Shown: in pieces, positions 7,740 through 8,806 of the stretch
Layout of the letters: every line of letters starts with the position of its first letter
Numbering within the stretch: position 1 is the first letter of the stretch
DNA from: a virus
Lineage: Duplodnaviria > Heunggongvirae > Uroviricota > Caudoviricetes
Direction: 5' to 3' (one strand)
Length of the DNA stretch: 8,806 bases
Virus record (IMG/VR): IMGVR_UViG_2711768006_000005
Notes under the pieces: generated by a model
What the model saw: only the letters and a program-made list of their open reading frames with translations
What the model was told of the DNA's origin: nothing
Database searches by the model: none
Made by a program: the position numbers and the translations under genes

Positions 7740-8204
7740 CTACTTAATGCACTGAGTGCGGATATACTCCTGTGCCCCTTCCAGTTGCATCTGCATCGTC
7801 ATCAGCCGCTCTCTGAGGGTGAAATAATCCCGTTCAGCGGTGTCTGCCAGTCGGGGGCTGGTTGCATTATCCACGCCGGAGGCGGTGGTGGCTTCACGCA
7901 CTGACTGACAGACTGCTTTGATGTGCAACCGACGACGACCAGCGGCAACATCAGCGCGCAGAGTTTCATTTTCAGCTTTCGCATCAGCTAACTCCTTCGT
8001 GTATTTAGCATCGAGTGCATTAACATCACGCTGTCTCTGCTGCATGTCAGTAATGGTTGCGTTCGCCAGCTTCAGTTCTCTTGCGTTTTTGTCGCGCTGC
8101 TCTTTGTAGGTAATGGCGTTATCACGGTAATGATTAACAGCCCACGACAAGCAGACGATGATGCCGATAACCAGAGCGGAGATAATCGCGGTTACCCTGC
8201 TCAT
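7740..8204 (-). CDS. Rz: Rz inner-membrane spanin (i-spanin), copy 1, lambda-like
   Basis: [134 protein letters not shown]... closely matches lambda Rz as I recall it. ATG 8202-8204 overlaps the R stop (ATGA). Stop is TAG. Confidence 0.9.
   Translation of the reverse strand: MSRVTAIISALVIGIIVCLSWAVNHYRDNAITYKEQRDKNARELKLANATITDMQQRQRDVNALDAKYTKELADAKAENETLRADVAAGRRRLHIKAVCQSVREATTASGVDNATSPRLADTAERDYFTLRERLMTMQMQLEGAQEYIRTQCIK
7802..7984 (-). CDS. Rz1: Rz1 outer-membrane lipoprotein spanin (o-spanin), copy 1, embedded in Rz in another frame
   Basis: 60 aa, [60 protein letters not shown]: signal peptide, lipobox VVGC, proline-rich segment. Near-identical to lambda Rz1 as I recall it. Confidence 0.85.
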   Translation of the reverse strand: MRKLKMKLCALMLPLVVVGCTSKQSVSQCVKPPPPPAWIMQPAPDWQTPLNGIISPSESG

Positions 8205-8698
8205 TGTTGACCCCACAAACAGACTTCACGCTCAATCTCACGACGGGTCATCAGCCCTTTCCATTGCTTACCGCCAGCATATGTCCAGCGACATAGCTGG
8301 TCACATGCGCCTTTGATATAGCCCTGGTTTATTTTGCGAAGAAGCGTCGATGTTCTGAAATTGCCAGCGCCCACGTTGTAAACGAACGAGTAAAGAGCGC
8401 CGCGCGTTGTTTCCGGTATATCGACTTTGATGTACGGGTTAATTTGTCTGGCGACAGTGGCAAGGTCTTTATTCAGGAGAGCTTTGCATTCTGCTTCGGT
8501 ATACGTTTTACCAGGCATGATGTCTTTTCCGGTGTGTCCGTGACATACAGTCCATACACCAATGATATCTTTGTATAGTATGTAGCTGACACCTTCCAGA
8601 CCATCGTTACCACCTGGGCCAGTGATTAACACAGATGCTATAGCAACAGCCCCGCCACCAATAGCAACTGCAACAGCCTTGCGTAATGATGGCGACAT
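8201..8698 (-). CDS. R: SAR endolysin (phage-21 R-type lysozyme, T4-lysozyme-like fold), 165 aa
   Basis: N-terminal Gly/Ala-rich weakly hydrophobic segment [20 protein letters not shown] typical of a signal-arrest-release domain. Catalytic E-x8-D-x5-T present in [18 protein letters not shown]. Overall close to P21 R / DLP12 RrrD-type lysozymes as I recall them. GAGAGG Shine-Dalgarno-like sequence upstream of ATG 8696-8698. Confidence 0.9.
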   Translation of the reverse strand: MSPSLRKAVAVAIGGGAVAIASVLITGPGGNDGLEGVSYILYKDIIGVWTVCHGHTGKDIMPGKTYTEAECKALLNKDLATVARQINPYIKVDIPETTRGALYSFVYNVGAGNFRTSTLLRKINQGYIKGACDQLCRWTYAGGKQWKGLMTRREIEREVCLWGQQ

Positions 8699-8720
8699 TA
8701 TTCACCTCTCGCAGCCTTAC
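8699..8720 (-). pseudogene. 3' remnant (last ~7 codons, ...KAARGE-stop) of a phage-21-type pinholin (S21-like) gene, truncated by IS2
   Basis: Minus strand reads GTAAGGCTGCGAGAGGTGAATAATG: ...K A A R G E then TAA overlapping the R start (TAATG). I recall the S21 pinholin ending ...RRKAARGE. Everything upstream is IS2 sequence. Confidence 0.55.
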
Positions 8721-8806
8721 TAGACTGGCCCCCTGAATCTCCAGACAACCAGTATCACTTAAATAAGTGATAGTCTTAATACTAGTTTTTAGACTAGTCA
8801 TTGGAG
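8721..8806 (+). mobile_element. IS2: IS2 left end (IRL and transposase-promoter region); element continues beyond the right edge of the window
   Basis: 8721-8806 TAGACTGGCCCCCTGAATCTCCAGACAACCAGTATCACTTAAATAAGTGATAGTCTTAATACTAGTTTTTAGACTAGTCATTGGAG matches my recollection of the IS2 left terminus, including the internal palindrome TATCACTTA-AA-TAAGTGATA (8753-8772). Confidence 0.8.

Noticed and set aside
8753-8772. Palindrome TATCACTTA-AA-TAAGTGATA, which at first looked like a lambdoid repressor operator (TATCAC half-sites) upstream of the endolysin
   Set aside because: It lies inside the sequence I recognise as the IS2 left end, where it belongs to the transposase promoter/regulatory region, so it is part of the mobile element and not a phage operator.
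8607-8801. 64-aa minus-strand ORF overlapping the endolysin start and extending into IS2, considered as a possible holin
   Set aside because: It is in a different frame overlapping R, is Cys/Trp-rich rather than holin-like, and mostly lies within IS2 terminal sequence. The true holin remnant is the short in-phase fragment ending KAARGE at 8699-8720.
1-8806. Scan for tRNA genes, rRNA or CRISPR repeat-spacer arrays
   Set aside because: No regularly spaced short direct repeats and no cloverleaf-like conserved tRNA features were evident. The only repeats seen are the duplicated lysis-gene segments and the IS ends.

Overview
This window looks like the late region of a decaying lambdoid-type prophage, probably in an Escherichia/Shigella-type host, bounded by insertion-sequence ends on both sides. 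All phage genes except one are on the minus strand. Reading right to left: an IS2 left end (8721-8806) has replaced all but the last few codons of a phage-21-type pinholin gene; then an intact-looking SAR endolysin R (8201-8698); Rz/Rz1 spanins (copy 1, lambda-like); the start of an unknown ORF; a 250-nt run of N (7406-7655); a 3' remnant of a second R gene with a second, mosaic Rz/Rz1 pair; an AT-rich plus-strand moron encoding a DedA-family membrane protein (6249-6758); terminase small and large subunits; a portal gene broken by two in-frame TAG codons; a MuF-like minor head protein; a scaffold-like protein; a 168-aa head protein; and an IS1 end (1-83) 15 bp past its stop. No tRNA, rRNA or CRISPR array was seen. 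The most plausible candidate for a new accessory function is the DedA-like moron, but I cannot show it is undescribed. All family and IS assignments rest on motif recognition and recalled sequence, not on a database search.
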